Both the position numbers and the translations under genes were made by a program. Shown one piece after another: positions 31,240 to 41,233 of a stretch of 64,000 nucleotides of DNA. The DNA comes from Ignavibacteriota bacterium (GTDB lineage: Bacteria; Bacteroidota; Ignavibacteria; Palsa-1295), in contig CAWBEI010000002.1 of assembly GCA_963787835.1 (NCBI GenBank), forward strand, positions 384,001-448,000. Reading direction: 5' to 3'. The notes beneath the pieces were generated by a model. That model was given only the letters and a program-made list of their open reading frames with translations, was not told where the DNA came from and did no database searches. Numbering within the stretch: position 1 is the first letter of the stretch; every line of letters starts with the position of its first letter.

Positions 31240-32108
31240 TGCATGTCCACGGAGACAATCTTAAACAAAAGGAGATTAGTGCCAAGAAGTATTCTGATGT
31301 TAAATCAAAACAACTTCTTGCTAAAATCAGAAAAAGATATGATGCATGGCGTTCGGCAAATGAAGCACTAGCTGGCCCAGGTATCACATCTTCTCGGATA
31401 GATAGAGCCACAATTGAACAACAAGTCAGGCTTTTTACCGAGTACAAGGACTTTCTTGATCATCAGCACTTCGCGGAACACTTTGATTCGAGATCTAATC
31501 TGCATTCAAGTGTGCTTGAAGAATTTTTGTACTACTTGTTTTATGATCTTGTCCAAGAATTTTCAGATTCGGCTCTGGTTGGGAAAGCACATACTTTCAA
31601 AGACATCTTTTTTGCGGCTCCTAATTTTCGTTCGATGGTAAATAATCCCAGCGCGAGAATCGAGAAGAAGGATCACGATTTCGTCATTGGAGTCACCGTA
31701 AACGCCAATTTAAAATGCGAAGGCTCAGATATCATCGAAAATCACGTCATCCAGATTCCTGCTATTGCCGTTGAATGCAAAACGTATCTTGACAAGACAA
31801 TGCTCGAGGGATCAAGCAGTGCTGCCGAACAGCTCAAATTGAGAAGCCCTAATTCTCTTTACATTGTCGTTGCTGAATGGTTGAAGCTCACGGAATCGAT
31901 CAATCTTAGAAAATTTAAGGTTGATCAGATTTATGTCCTACGAAAGCAAAAAAATACTGACAGAGAATTCAGATATCTTCCGAGTTACGTTAAAAATCCT
32001 ATTTATTCGGATGTAGTATTCCATCTATTTACCCTGGTTCGTGAACATTTGACCTCTGAATGGGGAGAAGGTGGGTCATTAGGTCTCGAACGAGGATTTC
32101 TACTGTAG
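31239..32108 (+). CDS. Bpu10I-family type II restriction endonuclease
   Basis: SSVLEEF, KDHDF.IG, AVECKTYLDKTM, Y.VVAEWL; overlaps MTase stop (TAATG). Confidence 0.85.
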   Translation: MHVHGDNLKQKEISAKKYSDVKSKQLLAKIRKRYDAWRSANEALAGPGITSSRIDRATIEQQVRLFTEYKDFLDHQHFAEHFDSRSNLHSSVLEEFLYYLFYDLVQEFSDSALVGKAHTFKDIFFAAPNFRSMVNNPSARIEKKDHDFVIGVTVNANLKCEGSDIIENHVIQIPAIAVECKTYLDKTMLEGSSSAAEQLKLRSPNSLYIVVAEWLKLTESINLRKFKVDQIYVLRKQKNTDREFRYLPSYVKNPIYSDVVFHLFTLVREHLTSEWGEGGSLGLERGFLL

Positions 32109-32109
32109 T

Positions 32110-32925
32110 CACTGCTTCCCCTTCTAAACCTACGCCGAAGACGGCAACGGGCGGAAAGAGAACATCACGGACTGGGCGCTTGGGGAGTTTAAAAGGCTTG
32201 TAGCGCCGGCGTCCTCGCCCTCGAATTTTGTAGCGCCGGCGTCCTCGCCGGTCCCCCTCCCCGGCGATAAACGCAAAAGGGGACAGGCGAGGACGCCTGC
32301 GCTACAGGGGAAGGAAATAACGAAATGGGATATTTTCTACTACGTGTATGGCTTGCTTCACCATCCGGAATACCGTACGAAATATGCGGCAAACCTGCGG
32401 CGGGAACTTCCACGCATTCCGATCTCTCCGGATTTCTGGGCTATTTCCGAATGCGGCCATCAGCTTGCCGATCTGCATGTGAACTACGAGCAAGCGCCGG
32501 AATATCCACTCGGAGAGAAATGGAGTCCAGATAGTGGGTTGAATTTCAGAGTGGAGAAGATGAAATTGCGAAAACCTGTAGCGCAGGCGTCCTCGCCTGT
32601 CCCCGTTCCCGGTTCGAAAAAACAAAAGGGGACCGGCGAGGACGCCGGCGCTACAAGCTCATTCGATTTAATTTATAATAAAGACCTCACGCTTACCGGC
32701 ATTCCGCCGGAAGCCTTCGACTACCGTCTCGGCAACCGCTCGGCAATAGACTGGATCATCGACCAATACCAGGTCTCGACCGACAAACGCTCTGGCATCG
32801 TGAACGACCCGAACCGCGAGGACGACCCGCAATATATCATCCGGCTTATCCGGCAGGTGGTAACCGTCAGTTTGGAAACGGTAAGGATCGTTGGGGAGAT
32901 TGCGAAGACGGCGTTGCAGCCGTGA
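32110..32925 (+). pseudogene. C-terminal fragment of the same type ISP/IIG-like enzyme, with internal stop and two in-frame REP insertions
   Basis: CFPF*TYAEDG...ENITDWAL...KWDIFYYVYGLLHHPEYR.KYAANLRRELPRIP...YRLGNRSAIDWIIDQY...SGIVNDPN. Confidence 0.85.
32200..32655. repeat. GTAG-tagged REP doublets (32200..32305 and 32577..32655)
   Basis: GTAGCGCCGGCGTCCTCGCC...GGCGAGGACGCCTGCGCTAC; the two doublets are near inverted copies. Confidence 0.85.
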
Positions 32926-33084
32926 CTTTTAAGTCACGGCGAATTGTTTAGTATGTTGTTGCCTCGAACAAGGTAATCAATTATGGTATCGTAGCGATGG
33001 GGTCTGGATTCCCGCTTTCGCGGGAATGACAATACACTATCTCCAAAATCCTTAAAATTTCAGAAATCATGGTTCGGATGATTT

Positions 33085-33295
33085 TATGTAGTATATTAGT
33101 AGTGCGGTGATAGGCACCCATCGGGGAAATTATGAAGTATGAATTATGAAGTATGAAGAAATAGCATTAGATTTCGATATGAACGAGTTCTCTGTGAAGG
33201 GACTTTTATGAATACTTGTTGAAACAGATGGCGAATCTGACATGGAATCAAGGGTGGTCGGGAACTCAGCAAGAAAAAGAAATGGCACCTATTTC
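33085..33295 (+). repeat. ~200-bp dispersed non-coding element, copy A (candidate ncRNA / mobile promoter)
   Basis: Colinear similarity to reverse complement of 42504..42754; ends in AAATGGCACCTATTTC; contains heptamer tract. Confidence 0.7.
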
Positions 33296-33318
33296 TTATG
33301 GAATATTAAATTGACAGA

Positions 33319-33990
33319 ATGGCAGTTTTAGAAGCGAATAAATTATCCAAGCGGTTTGCGGTGCGGGGTCGGGTGGATGTCGAAGTATTTCGGGATCTGA
33401 CGTTTACGCTTAACGCGGGGGAGATCGTGGCACTCATCGGGCCATCGGGCGCCGGTAAGAGTACGCTGCTGCATTTGCTCGGTACTTTGGATAAACCGAG
33501 TGGCGGCGATGTGACGATCGAAGGGCAGAACGTCGCGAAGATGGAAGATAAAGCGCTCAGCGCATTTCGAAACGAGCGTATCGGGTTTATCTTTCAATTC
33601 CATCATTTACTGCCGGAATTCACCGCGCTGGAAAATGTTGCGATGCCGGCGATGATCGCCGGCAAGCCATTCGATGAAGTTCGCGATAGGGCTGCGGAAT
33701 TGCTGGGCAATGCCGGGTTAAAGGACCGGGTCGATCACCGGCCCTCGATGCTTTCCGGCGGTGAATCGCAGCGCGTTGCCGTAGCCCGGGCATTTATGAT
33801 GAAACCTGCGATCATCCTTGCCGATGAGCCAACCGGAAACCTCGATGCCCGTAACAGCGATATTCTGTTCAACCTCATTATGGATCTTTCGCGGGAGCAC
33901 CGGCAGACATTCCTTATCGCTACGCATAACCTGGACTTAGCCGCTCAGGCGGACCGGACGATGCACATGGAAAATGGTGAATTGAAATAA
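33319..33990 (+). CDS. lolD: LolD-like ABC transporter ATP-binding protein
   Basis: GPSGAGKSTLLH, FRNERIGFIFQFHHLLPEFTALENV, LSGGESQRVA, LADEPTGNLD. Confidence 0.85.
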   Translation: MAVLEANKLSKRFAVRGRVDVEVFRDLTFTLNAGEIVALIGPSGAGKSTLLHLLGTLDKPSGGDVTIEGQNVAKMEDKALSAFRNERIGFIFQFHHLLPEFTALENVAMPAMIAGKPFDEVRDRAAELLGNAGLKDRVDHRPSMLSGGESQRVAVARAFMMKPAIILADEPTGNLDARNSDILFNLIMDLSREHRQTFLIATHNLDLAAQADRTMHMENGELK

Positions 33991-34086
33991 AGGAACCGCT
34001 TGCAACTTTTTATTTTTTAGTTATAACAATTTCGTAATTTAGCCAAACAGATACTACATTAGCACTTTCTACAGTTCAACCATCTC

Positions 34087-34614
34087 ATGAAAATTACCGT
34101 CGCGATCCTCCTTCTATCCGCCTTTGTTTTTGCGTCATGCAATTCGAGCACAAGCACCAGCACTACCACGCCGACTGGTGGCAGCGGTGTGCCCTCTTCT
34201 TCCAACACCATGATCGTCACCTTCAACGGTACAACGGATACTCTGGTGGCTACGGCGGTCGATACCACTATTTCAGGTGTTAAGAATATTATCGTTGCAG
34301 GAGCAGGGACAGCCGGAATAGCCGTCGGCTTCACGCTTACAAATATAACGGCGACCGGTTCCTATAGCGTCGGGCCAATAAGCTTAAATGGTATCAGCCC
34401 TTATTTTGCAACGATGGATTGCGTAGATAAGTCAGGTAATACCTATCTTTCCCCAACGCCGGGAGCTGGGGTTGCCTCGGTTGGTACGATCACGATCACC
34501 TCCATTACGGACACCACGATTCAAGCAACCTTCAATGCATCGCCGCTGACACTTCGGAATGGAACCACAACGGTTTCGCTCACGAACGGCGGAGTATATG
34601 CAAAATTCTATTGA
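34087..34614 (+). CDS. Thr-rich hypothetical lipoprotein
   Basis: Lipobox FASC; beta-rich body. Confidence 0.8.
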   Translation: MKITVAILLLSAFVFASCNSSTSTSTTTPTGGSGVPSSSNTMIVTFNGTTDTLVATAVDTTISGVKNIIVAGAGTAGIAVGFTLTNITATGSYSVGPISLNGISPYFATMDCVDKSGNTYLSPTPGAGVASVGTITITSITDTTIQATFNASPLTLRNGTTTVSLTNGGVYAKFY

Positions 34615-34704
34615 GAAAATTGTAAACGTGCGGGATTGGGAAGCATGGAACGAGATGAATCCATGCAAAGTTAACTCAAACCTCACGTTTCCGAAGAGAT
34701 AATT

Positions 34705-35091
34705 ATGGCAAATCAGACTGCAACCCCCGTTCGACCAGCACGCCCCACGCCGCGCCAAACCCCAGGCCGCGCCACATCCAGCCGCCCAGCCCCTGGCCGA
34801 GCACGAGGGAAAAGCACGGATAATACTCCGGTTCGGCAATTTCAAATGCCGTTCGATGCAAAGAACATGCGCATCATCGCCCTTGGCATTGCAGTGATCG
34901 TGATCGGGTACATCGTGATGTATGTCAGCCCTGTGATGAGCGATATGGCACTGACGGTCAGCCCGATCCTGTTACTGCTCGGTTATTGCGTGATCGTGCC
35001 GATGGGAATTATGGCAGGAATGCGAAAAAAGAAATCTTCGGTTCCCGAACTGTCCGAGCCGACGACCAACAGGGCGGCGTCTCTAAATTAA
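34705..35091 (+). CDS. DUF3098-like small membrane protein
   Basis: MPF..KN..II.LG..VI.IGY..M...LTVSPILLLLGY. Confidence 0.75.
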   Translation: MANQTATPVRPARPTPRQTPGRATSSRPAPGRARGKSTDNTPVRQFQMPFDAKNMRIIALGIAVIVIGYIVMYVSPVMSDMALTVSPILLLLGYCVIVPMGIMAGMRKKKSSVPELSEPTTNRAASLN

Positions 35092-35613
35092 TCAGGAAGA
35101 AGTTCCGTAGGTTTCGAGGAGTCTGACTCGAAGCTCGTTCTTTGAAATATCGATCTTCCGGACTTCTTCGCCGGCATTAGTGACGAGGTGCTCAGTGCCA
35201 TTCAGATCGAGCACGAAAACGTCACCGGCCGGCATATCGAGCACATTTTTTACGAGGCCGATCGTTAAGCCAGTCTCATCATCTACGACGGTCATTCCGA
35301 TGATTTCATCGTAGTAGGCTCGGCCGTTAGGAAGTTTCGGGCGTTCACTTTCGGGGATCAGTATTTCTGCATTGCGCAGGAACTCAGCAGCATCACGATC
35401 ATCGACCCCTTCGATTTTTAGAAGAATTCCAGTGGGGAGAAGTCGAACAGAACTAACGGATCGCTCTAACATTTCACCAGAAGACATCCGAAGCAGAACA
35501 CGCTTCAGCTTTTGAAATCGGCGGTCATCATGGGAAAAACTTTGAATTGATACTTCGCCGCGAATGCCATGTGGCTTTCCGATGCGAGCTATAAGGACAA
35601 GATCTTCGTTCAC
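35092..35613 (-). CDS. rimM: Ribosome maturation factor RimM
   Basis: IARIGKPHGIRGEV, EGVDDRDAAE.LR, YYDEIIG; GTG start overlapping upstream TGA. Confidence 0.93.
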   Translation of the reverse strand: MNEDLVLIARIGKPHGIRGEVSIQSFSHDDRRFQKLKRVLLRMSSGEMLERSVSSVRLLPTGILLKIEGVDDRDAAEFLRNAEILIPESERPKLPNGRAYYDEIIGMTVVDDETGLTIGLVKNVLDMPAGDVFVLDLNGTEHLVTNAGEEVRKIDISKNELRVRLLETYGTSS

Positions 35614-37268
35614 ACTTCTGCTAAATATTGGTGAACAAAACTAACGGCCATCGCACCTTCGCCGACAGCGCTGGCAACACGATTCATCGCGCCTGCGCGG
35701 ACATCACCAGCAGCGAAAATTCCCGGACTGCACGTTTCGAGCAGATAGGGATCGCGTCGGAGTGGCCACCCCGATCTGAAATTCTCTCGACCGATCAGAT
35801 CGCGTCCGGTAACGATGAAGCCTCGATCGTCTTTCAAAATATCGGCATGGATCCAATCGGTATAAGGTCGAGCACCGATAAGAATAAAAAGTGCATCGGC
35901 AGAGACTGAGCGTTGTTCTCCATTGACAGTTTGCAGCACTAACGATTCCAAATGTTCGGAGCCACATGCCTCTATAACTTCTGTTTCAGGCAGGATGGTT
36001 ACGTTTAGTGTTTTCGCAATTTGATCGACAAGATAGGAAGACATCGTTCCAGACAAATCCTTTTTACGGATGACAATATACACGTGCTCTGCGAATTTGG
36101 CGAGATGAAGCGCCGCTTGTCCAGCAGAATTTCCACCGCCAATGACATAAACCTGTTTGCCGCGCGTCTGCAACGCCTCTACGGATGCGGCTCCATAGTA
36201 GATGCCGGCTCCCGTCAACTCTGCAATACCCTTCGTTTCAAGTTGCCGGTAAGCAACCCCTGTCGTGATGATGATACTTCGAGCATGAACTTCGCTACCG
36301 TTCGCCAAACGAACGGTTTTATAGGATTCATCGGATGAAATATTCAGTGCTTCCTGTGGCGAAAGGAATTCAATTCCAAAACGAGTTGCTTGCGTAACGG
36401 CTCGTCGTGTCAACTCTGCACCGCTTACCCCGCTTGGAAACCCGAGATAGTTTTCAATACGGGAACTTGTACCAGCCTGACCTCCGGGCGCATGCTTCTC
36501 CACCAATAGGGTCTTGAGTCCTTCTGAACCGGCATAGACTGCCGCAGCAAGTCCAGCCGGACCAGCGCCGATGATGATGACATCATACATCGTCGAACTT
36601 GCCGTCGGACGAAGCCCAAGTTTTTCGGCAACAGAATGAATTTCTGTATCGACAGCAAGCGTACCATCATCGAAGATCAGAACTGGCAGCGAGGAGTGAG
36701 TGATCGCATTGAGGGCCATCACTTCCGCAGCTTTCGGATGACTTTCAACATCGATCCACTGATAGGGAATTTGATGACCGGAGAGGAATTCCTTGATCGC
36801 GTGCGATTTCGGAGAGAACTGATAGCCAAGAAGCCGAATGCCTGCAAGCTCCGGTTTGTAACTCGAAAGCCATTCATCGAGCATATCATCGATCACGGGA
36901 AATAGTTTTTCTTCCGGTGGATCCCACGGCTTGATCAGATAATAATCCAGATCCGTCTCGTTGATCGCACGAATCGCAGTATCCATGTCGGAATACGCCG
37001 TAAGCAACATTCGCTTGGCTTCTGGATAAAACTCTTTTGACTTTTCGAGAAGCTCGACTCCCGTTATACGTGGCATCCTCTGATCCGAAATAAAGAGCGC
37101 GACTTCTTCACCAGTACGCTTCAAGTCCCTCAAACTTTCAATCGCCTCCTGCGGGTTTTCCGTGCTGAGGATCTGATATTCCTTTTTGTACTTTTGACGA
37201 ACGTCCCTCGAAAGTGCTCGCAAGACTTGTGGGTCGTCATCAATAAGAAGGATGATCGGGAGTTTCAT
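35610..37268 (-). CDS. Response-regulator receiver fused to thioredoxin-reductase-like FAD oxidoreductase
   Basis: IDDD, SDQRMP, LTAY, KPW; GAGPAGLAAA, GGQAGTSSRIENYLGFP, GGGNSAGQAA, FAAGDVR; no CxxC. Confidence 0.92.
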   Translation of the reverse strand: MKLPIILLIDDDPQVLRALSRDVRQKYKKEYQILSTENPQEAIESLRDLKRTGEEVALFISDQRMPRITGVELLEKSKEFYPEAKRMLLTAYSDMDTAIRAINETDLDYYLIKPWDPPEEKLFPVIDDMLDEWLSSYKPELAGIRLLGYQFSPKSHAIKEFLSGHQIPYQWIDVESHPKAAEVMALNAITHSSLPVLIFDDGTLAVDTEIHSVAEKLGLRPTASSTMYDVIIIGAGPAGLAAAVYAGSEGLKTLLVEKHAPGGQAGTSSRIENYLGFPSGVSGAELTRRAVTQATRFGIEFLSPQEALNISSDESYKTVRLANGSEVHARSIIITTGVAYRQLETKGIAELTGAGIYYGAASVEALQTRGKQVYVIGGGNSAGQAALHLAKFAEHVYIVIRKKDLSGTMSSYLVDQIAKTLNVTILPETEVIEACGSEHLESLVLQTVNGEQRSVSADALFILIGARPYTDWIHADILKDDRGFIVTGRDLIGRENFRSGWPLRRDPYLLETCSPGIFAAGDVRAGAMNRVASAVGEGAMAVSFVHQYLAEV

Positions 37269-38656
37269 GTCGATGTCTTTGGAAATGAAATCCGGAACTC
37301 AGTTCGTCCTGGTCGAGAATTCACCTCAATCTTTCCATGATGCGATTGCACTACTTTTCGCACCAGATCGAGACCAACACCAGTGCCCTCACCAACATCT
37401 TTGGTAGTAAAGAATGGATCGAAAATGCGTTCGAGATTTTCGGGAGCTATTCCCGAACCATTGTCAATAACGGTGAAGACTACTTGATTTTGAGCGGTGG
37501 TTGTCTTGACGATCAGTTCACCGCCATCTTTCATCGCATCGAGCGCGTTATCGATCAAGTTTGTCCAGACCTGATTCAACTCGCCGGAAAATCCGAGGAT
37601 TAGTGGCAGATCGTTTTCGAGATCGACATTTATTGCAATGCCTTTGCGCCGAGCCTTATATTCGAGCATCGTGATCGTGTTCCGAATTCCATCATTGATG
37701 CAGACTGAGTCCATCGCCTGCGCCTGATCCATGCGCGTGTAACTTTTTATAGACTGCACTAATTCCGAAATGCGGCGTGACGACTCCGCGATCTCGTACA
37801 CAGCTTTCTCTGTCTGTAGCCGTGCCGCAAACCAATTGATGAAAGGAAGAAGGGTGTTATCGGAAATAGATCGTTTGAGGTTTCCAAGATCTTCGATCGT
37901 GATCCCCGAATCTGCAAATGTTTCCTCACAATCAGTTGCAACCTTGTTATCAGCCAGCCAATCCGATATTTCGCGTTCCTGGCGTTTGCGTTCAAGAAGC
38001 GGTAGCCGCACCGAACCATTTTTCGTAGCTTTTTCGATGATCTCTCCAAGGCTTTCAATTTCCTCCGCCATCAAATGAAGAGAACTGACGGCTCGAAGGC
38101 TCGACCCCAATGTCCCGACGATCTCTTTAAGATCCTGTGCGCTCCGAAGCACCGCAGCAGCCGGGTTATTCAATTCATGAGCCAGACCTGCCGAAAGCTT
38201 CCCAAGCGCCATCAATTTCTCATTCTGAAAGTGATTGGTGGTGAACACACGCACCCGATCGATCATCGAATGGACGATCACTTCGGTCAATTCATAATTG
38301 GCGGCGATGAGAGCATGGAACTTCGAGTGGTGCAGCGCGAGCAGTTTAGGGTTCCCCCTTGCTTGGATATAAACCGGAGTATATTTCATGCGCGAAAACG
38401 GGAGCATGCCCGTTATCGCTCCGACGCCGGTCGTCATTTGTGTTTTGCGCTGCCCGTTTTGCATCACAAACGCCTCGAGCCCGCCTTCGAGCACAACCAT
38501 GAGATAATTCATCATGTCGTTGGCTTCCCCTGGACGGGCTAACAAGCCCGGTTCATACTGAAAAATTTCCGATTCGCGAACGAGCCACTCCAGCTGCTCG
38601 CGTGGAACTGCGCTCAGGTTCGGTACGCTCTGGAGAAAATCAACGATTTCATCCAT
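37265..38656 (-). CDS. Cytoplasmic sensor histidine kinase with cNMP-binding-like N-terminal domain
   Basis: [45 protein letters not shown]. Confidence 0.92.
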   Translation of the reverse strand: MDEIVDFLQSVPNLSAVPREQLEWLVRESEIFQYEPGLLARPGEANDMMNYLMVVLEGGLEAFVMQNGQRKTQMTTGVGAITGMLPFSRMKYTPVYIQARGNPKLLALHHSKFHALIAANYELTEVIVHSMIDRVRVFTTNHFQNEKLMALGKLSAGLAHELNNPAAAVLRSAQDLKEIVGTLGSSLRAVSSLHLMAEEIESLGEIIEKATKNGSVRLPLLERKRQEREISDWLADNKVATDCEETFADSGITIEDLGNLKRSISDNTLLPFINWFAARLQTEKAVYEIAESSRRISELVQSIKSYTRMDQAQAMDSVCINDGIRNTITMLEYKARRKGIAINVDLENDLPLILGFSGELNQVWTNLIDNALDAMKDGGELIVKTTTAQNQVVFTVIDNGSGIAPENLERIFDPFFTTKDVGEGTGVGLDLVRKVVQSHHGKIEVNSRPGRTEFRISFPKTST

Positions 38657-38677
38657 GGCATTGGAGTAAAGAAAGGC

Positions 38678-39250
38678 TTAACCTTCGACGGCTGGCGCTT
38701 CTGCTGCAGCAACTGTTTCTTCAGAGGCTTGGGGCGCTTCGGATTGTGCCACTTCAGGGACGGAAGCCTCTTCAGCCATTGCGCTTGCTTCAGCAGCGGC
38801 AGATGCCTCAAGTGCGGCAGCTTCCGCCGCGGCTGCATCAGCAAGTTTCTTCGCTACAGCTTTGCGCTTTTCTTCTTCGCGGGCGTTGATCGCCGCTTGC
38901 TTGGCGTCAATGTGAGCGGCTAGCTTCTCATCGCGCTTCGTTTTCCATGTTGTGAAAATTTCAGATGCGCGAGCTGGCTCGATCTTTTTCTTGTCTAAGT
39001 GCCATTTCAGGAGAATACCCTCGCCGGAAAGAAGCGAGCGGACGGTATCCGACGGCTGGGCACCAACGCCAAGCCAATACAGAGCCCGATCCTCCTTGAT
39101 CTGGACTTTCTGCCCTGGCTCGTTCGATGGGCGATATTGCCCCAAGGATTCAAGGTAGCGCCCATCGCGGCGTGAGCGGCTATCGGTGGCAACAATTTTA
39201 TAAATCGGGACTTTCTTGCGTCCTTGACGTGCTAATCTCAGTTTTACCAT
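38678..39250 (-). CDS. rpsP: 30S ribosomal protein S16 with long Ala/Glu-rich C-terminal extension
   Basis: MVKLRLARQGRKKVPIYKIV.TDSR.RRDGRYLE.LG.Y; WL.VGAQPSDTV. Confidence 0.97.
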   Translation of the reverse strand: MVKLRLARQGRKKVPIYKIVATDSRSRRDGRYLESLGQYRPSNEPGQKVQIKEDRALYWLGVGAQPSDTVRSLLSGEGILLKWHLDKKKIEPARASEIFTTWKTKRDEKLAAHIDAKQAAINAREEEKRKAVAKKLADAAAAEAAALEASAAAEASAMAEEASVPEVAQSEAPQASEETVAAAEAPAVEG

Positions 39251-39437
39251 TGGTTCTTACAGTTAAATTGTGAACGTAAACGTGGCCTTCAGCTCACGGT
39301 TTGGAGGAAGTCTGCCGAGCCATTACCAAAAAGGGCTTTCGCAGAGTCTCCAATGGATGATAAGCATCGTGGGCGATGCGGCTCATCCAAATTGCGGCGT
39401 ATAAACAATATAGGAGCGAAATGGCTCCCCGAAATCT

Positions 39438-41081
39438 TTAATCGCTTTCTCCAAGATATTTTCCGAGCGTTTGCTCCAACTTATCGCCCCTCAGATCTTC
39501 CTGTCTGGCTAAGATGGTGCCGTCAGGGCCAACGAGGATCGGGTCTGGGATGAAGGAAACCTCGAATTCCTTCGCAATGTCAGCATCCCACACTCCGGGA
39601 ATAAAGGCATTGATCCATGGCATGGGCCATTTATTTGCTCGGAATGGAGCAATATTCTTCTCGCTGGCATCCATGGAAAGTGAAACGATCTCAAAGCCTT
39701 TTCGGCCTTTGAATCGTTCGTAGGCTTTATGAATCGCCGGCATTTCGCCAACACATGGGCCGCACCACGTTGCCCAGAAATCTATCATATAATATTTGCC
39801 GAGCATGGATTTATCGCTCACCCTGTCCGTGCTTCCGAGCATTGCTACGTCGAATGCAGGTACATGCTTGCCAACCTGCGTTGGGGCATCGGGATCGTAT
39901 TCGTTCAGGGCATACTTAATTTCAGGAACATCGGAATAGTCCTTTTTTAGAAGGGTATAGATGCGTTTTCCTTCCTTTTCATCTTTGCTGCTAAATGCTT
40001 GTTGCATTTCATCAGAAAGGGTATTGGCACGAACTCCCTTTTCGGGATTCTTCTCCAATCCTTGCCGATAGGTTGCGCCGAAATTAGAATCGACAAGCCT
40101 CGTCAGTGCAATGGATTCAAACGGAGACATCGTCCAAAATGGACAGGACGCCGGTACCGTGGTTAGGATCTCCGATGCGATATCGGCTCCGGTAGATGGC
40201 ATTCTGGAATACTTATCTGCAAGCGTGACCCCGGCAAATTGAGCCGAAAGTGCATCGCCAGTCGTTCGCTCCTTCTCAAAATTCTCCTTGAGAAAATCAA
40301 GTAGCTTCTGATATTTCGGCTGGGACATCGTTACCGGACCGCCTTGTGTCGGATAGGTCAGGGATGCTTCAAACATGGCATCTGCCTTCATGGTCAGAGC
40401 AATGGCTTTTTGCAAAAAGGAATTGTTCTTCACCGTGACCGAAGGAAGGTTTTCATTCGCCGCAAAATTCAGCTTCGATGGATCGAAGGTGATGGTAACT
40501 TTCTCACCTTTCCTGGTGTGCACAACCGAGCGGTAATCGCCTCCGCCATCGTAGGTGTAATAATCTGCGGTAGTACCATTGACGCTATGTGATCCGGCAA
40601 TGCCGAGAAGCTGGTAGCTCAGGGTGTCGCCTGTTGCTTCGCGTTGGTAGGTATAAATAGTCTTGCCGTTAACGATGGTCGGGGTCATGGTATCGGATGC
40701 GGAAAAGTCGAATTTATTCCAATCCCCAATAATGACGATCTGGTCGAAGCTCTTATTGAATGGGTTTGGCTTGAGTTGCACATTCAACTCCACGTTCTTA
40801 TCACCCTCTCGCAATACAAGCGGTAAAGTTGCCTCCTCATGATTGACAGCACTTACGCGAAGCGAATACATTCCAGGTTTGGGAAGCGTAAACTCGAACG
40901 ATCCATCTTTCGCGCATGTGTAGGTCGTGCTCTTTTTGGCGTTCTCATGATAATTACCAACATGCGCCTGTGCCAGGATCGGCGTACCGCCGTTGGCATC
41001 GGTTACGGTTCCCTTAATGACCGTCTGTGCATTAGCGGATACTGCGAATAGAAAGAGAAATGCTGCTGCAAATGTTTTCAT
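39438..41081 (-). CDS. Secreted TlpA/redoxin family thiol-disulfide oxidoreductase with N-terminal carboxypeptidase-regulatory-like domain
   Basis: Signal peptide ..ANAQ; DFWATWCGPC..EMP; IP..ILVGPDG.I. Confidence 0.88.
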   Translation of the reverse strand: MKTFAAAFLFLFAVSANAQTVIKGTVTDANGGTPILAQAHVGNYHENAKKSTTYTCAKDGSFEFTLPKPGMYSLRVSAVNHEEATLPLVLREGDKNVELNVQLKPNPFNKSFDQIVIIGDWNKFDFSASDTMTPTIVNGKTIYTYQREATGDTLSYQLLGIAGSHSVNGTTADYYTYDGGGDYRSVVHTRKGEKVTITFDPSKLNFAANENLPSVTVKNNSFLQKAIALTMKADAMFEASLTYPTQGGPVTMSQPKYQKLLDFLKENFEKERTTGDALSAQFAGVTLADKYSRMPSTGADIASEILTTVPASCPFWTMSPFESIALTRLVDSNFGATYRQGLEKNPEKGVRANTLSDEMQQAFSSKDEKEGKRIYTLLKKDYSDVPEIKYALNEYDPDAPTQVGKHVPAFDVAMLGSTDRVSDKSMLGKYYMIDFWATWCGPCVGEMPAIHKAYERFKGRKGFEIVSLSMDASEKNIAPFRANKWPMPWINAFIPGVWDADIAKEFEVSFIPDPILVGPDGTILARQEDLRGDKLEQTLGKYLGESD

Positions 41082-41171
41082 AGCCGTATATTGGAAAAAT
41101 GGAGTTTGTTGAAACATCCGGTTCTGAGGAGTAGTGCTCTTCACGCAATTCCCAAATGCATTCTTAAAGAC

Positions 41172-41205
41172 TCGAAAACCCCGGCATAATTGCCGGGGTT
41201 CTCGA
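41172..41205 (-). terminator. Intrinsic terminator after rplL
   Basis: minus strand aaccccggca-atta-tgccgggg-tttt. Confidence 0.7.
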
Positions 41206-41233
41206 ACAAAGTCAACTTCGAATTGAACAATAA

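Noticed and set aside
30043-32108. Inferring the restriction site from avoidance
   Set aside because: Both GCTNAGC and CCTNAGG occur several times in the window; no depletion evident by eye
33085-33295. Type III TA antitoxin array or mini-CRISPR
   Set aside because: Only one pair of 12-bp direct repeats ~160 nt apart and no adjacent toxin or cas gene
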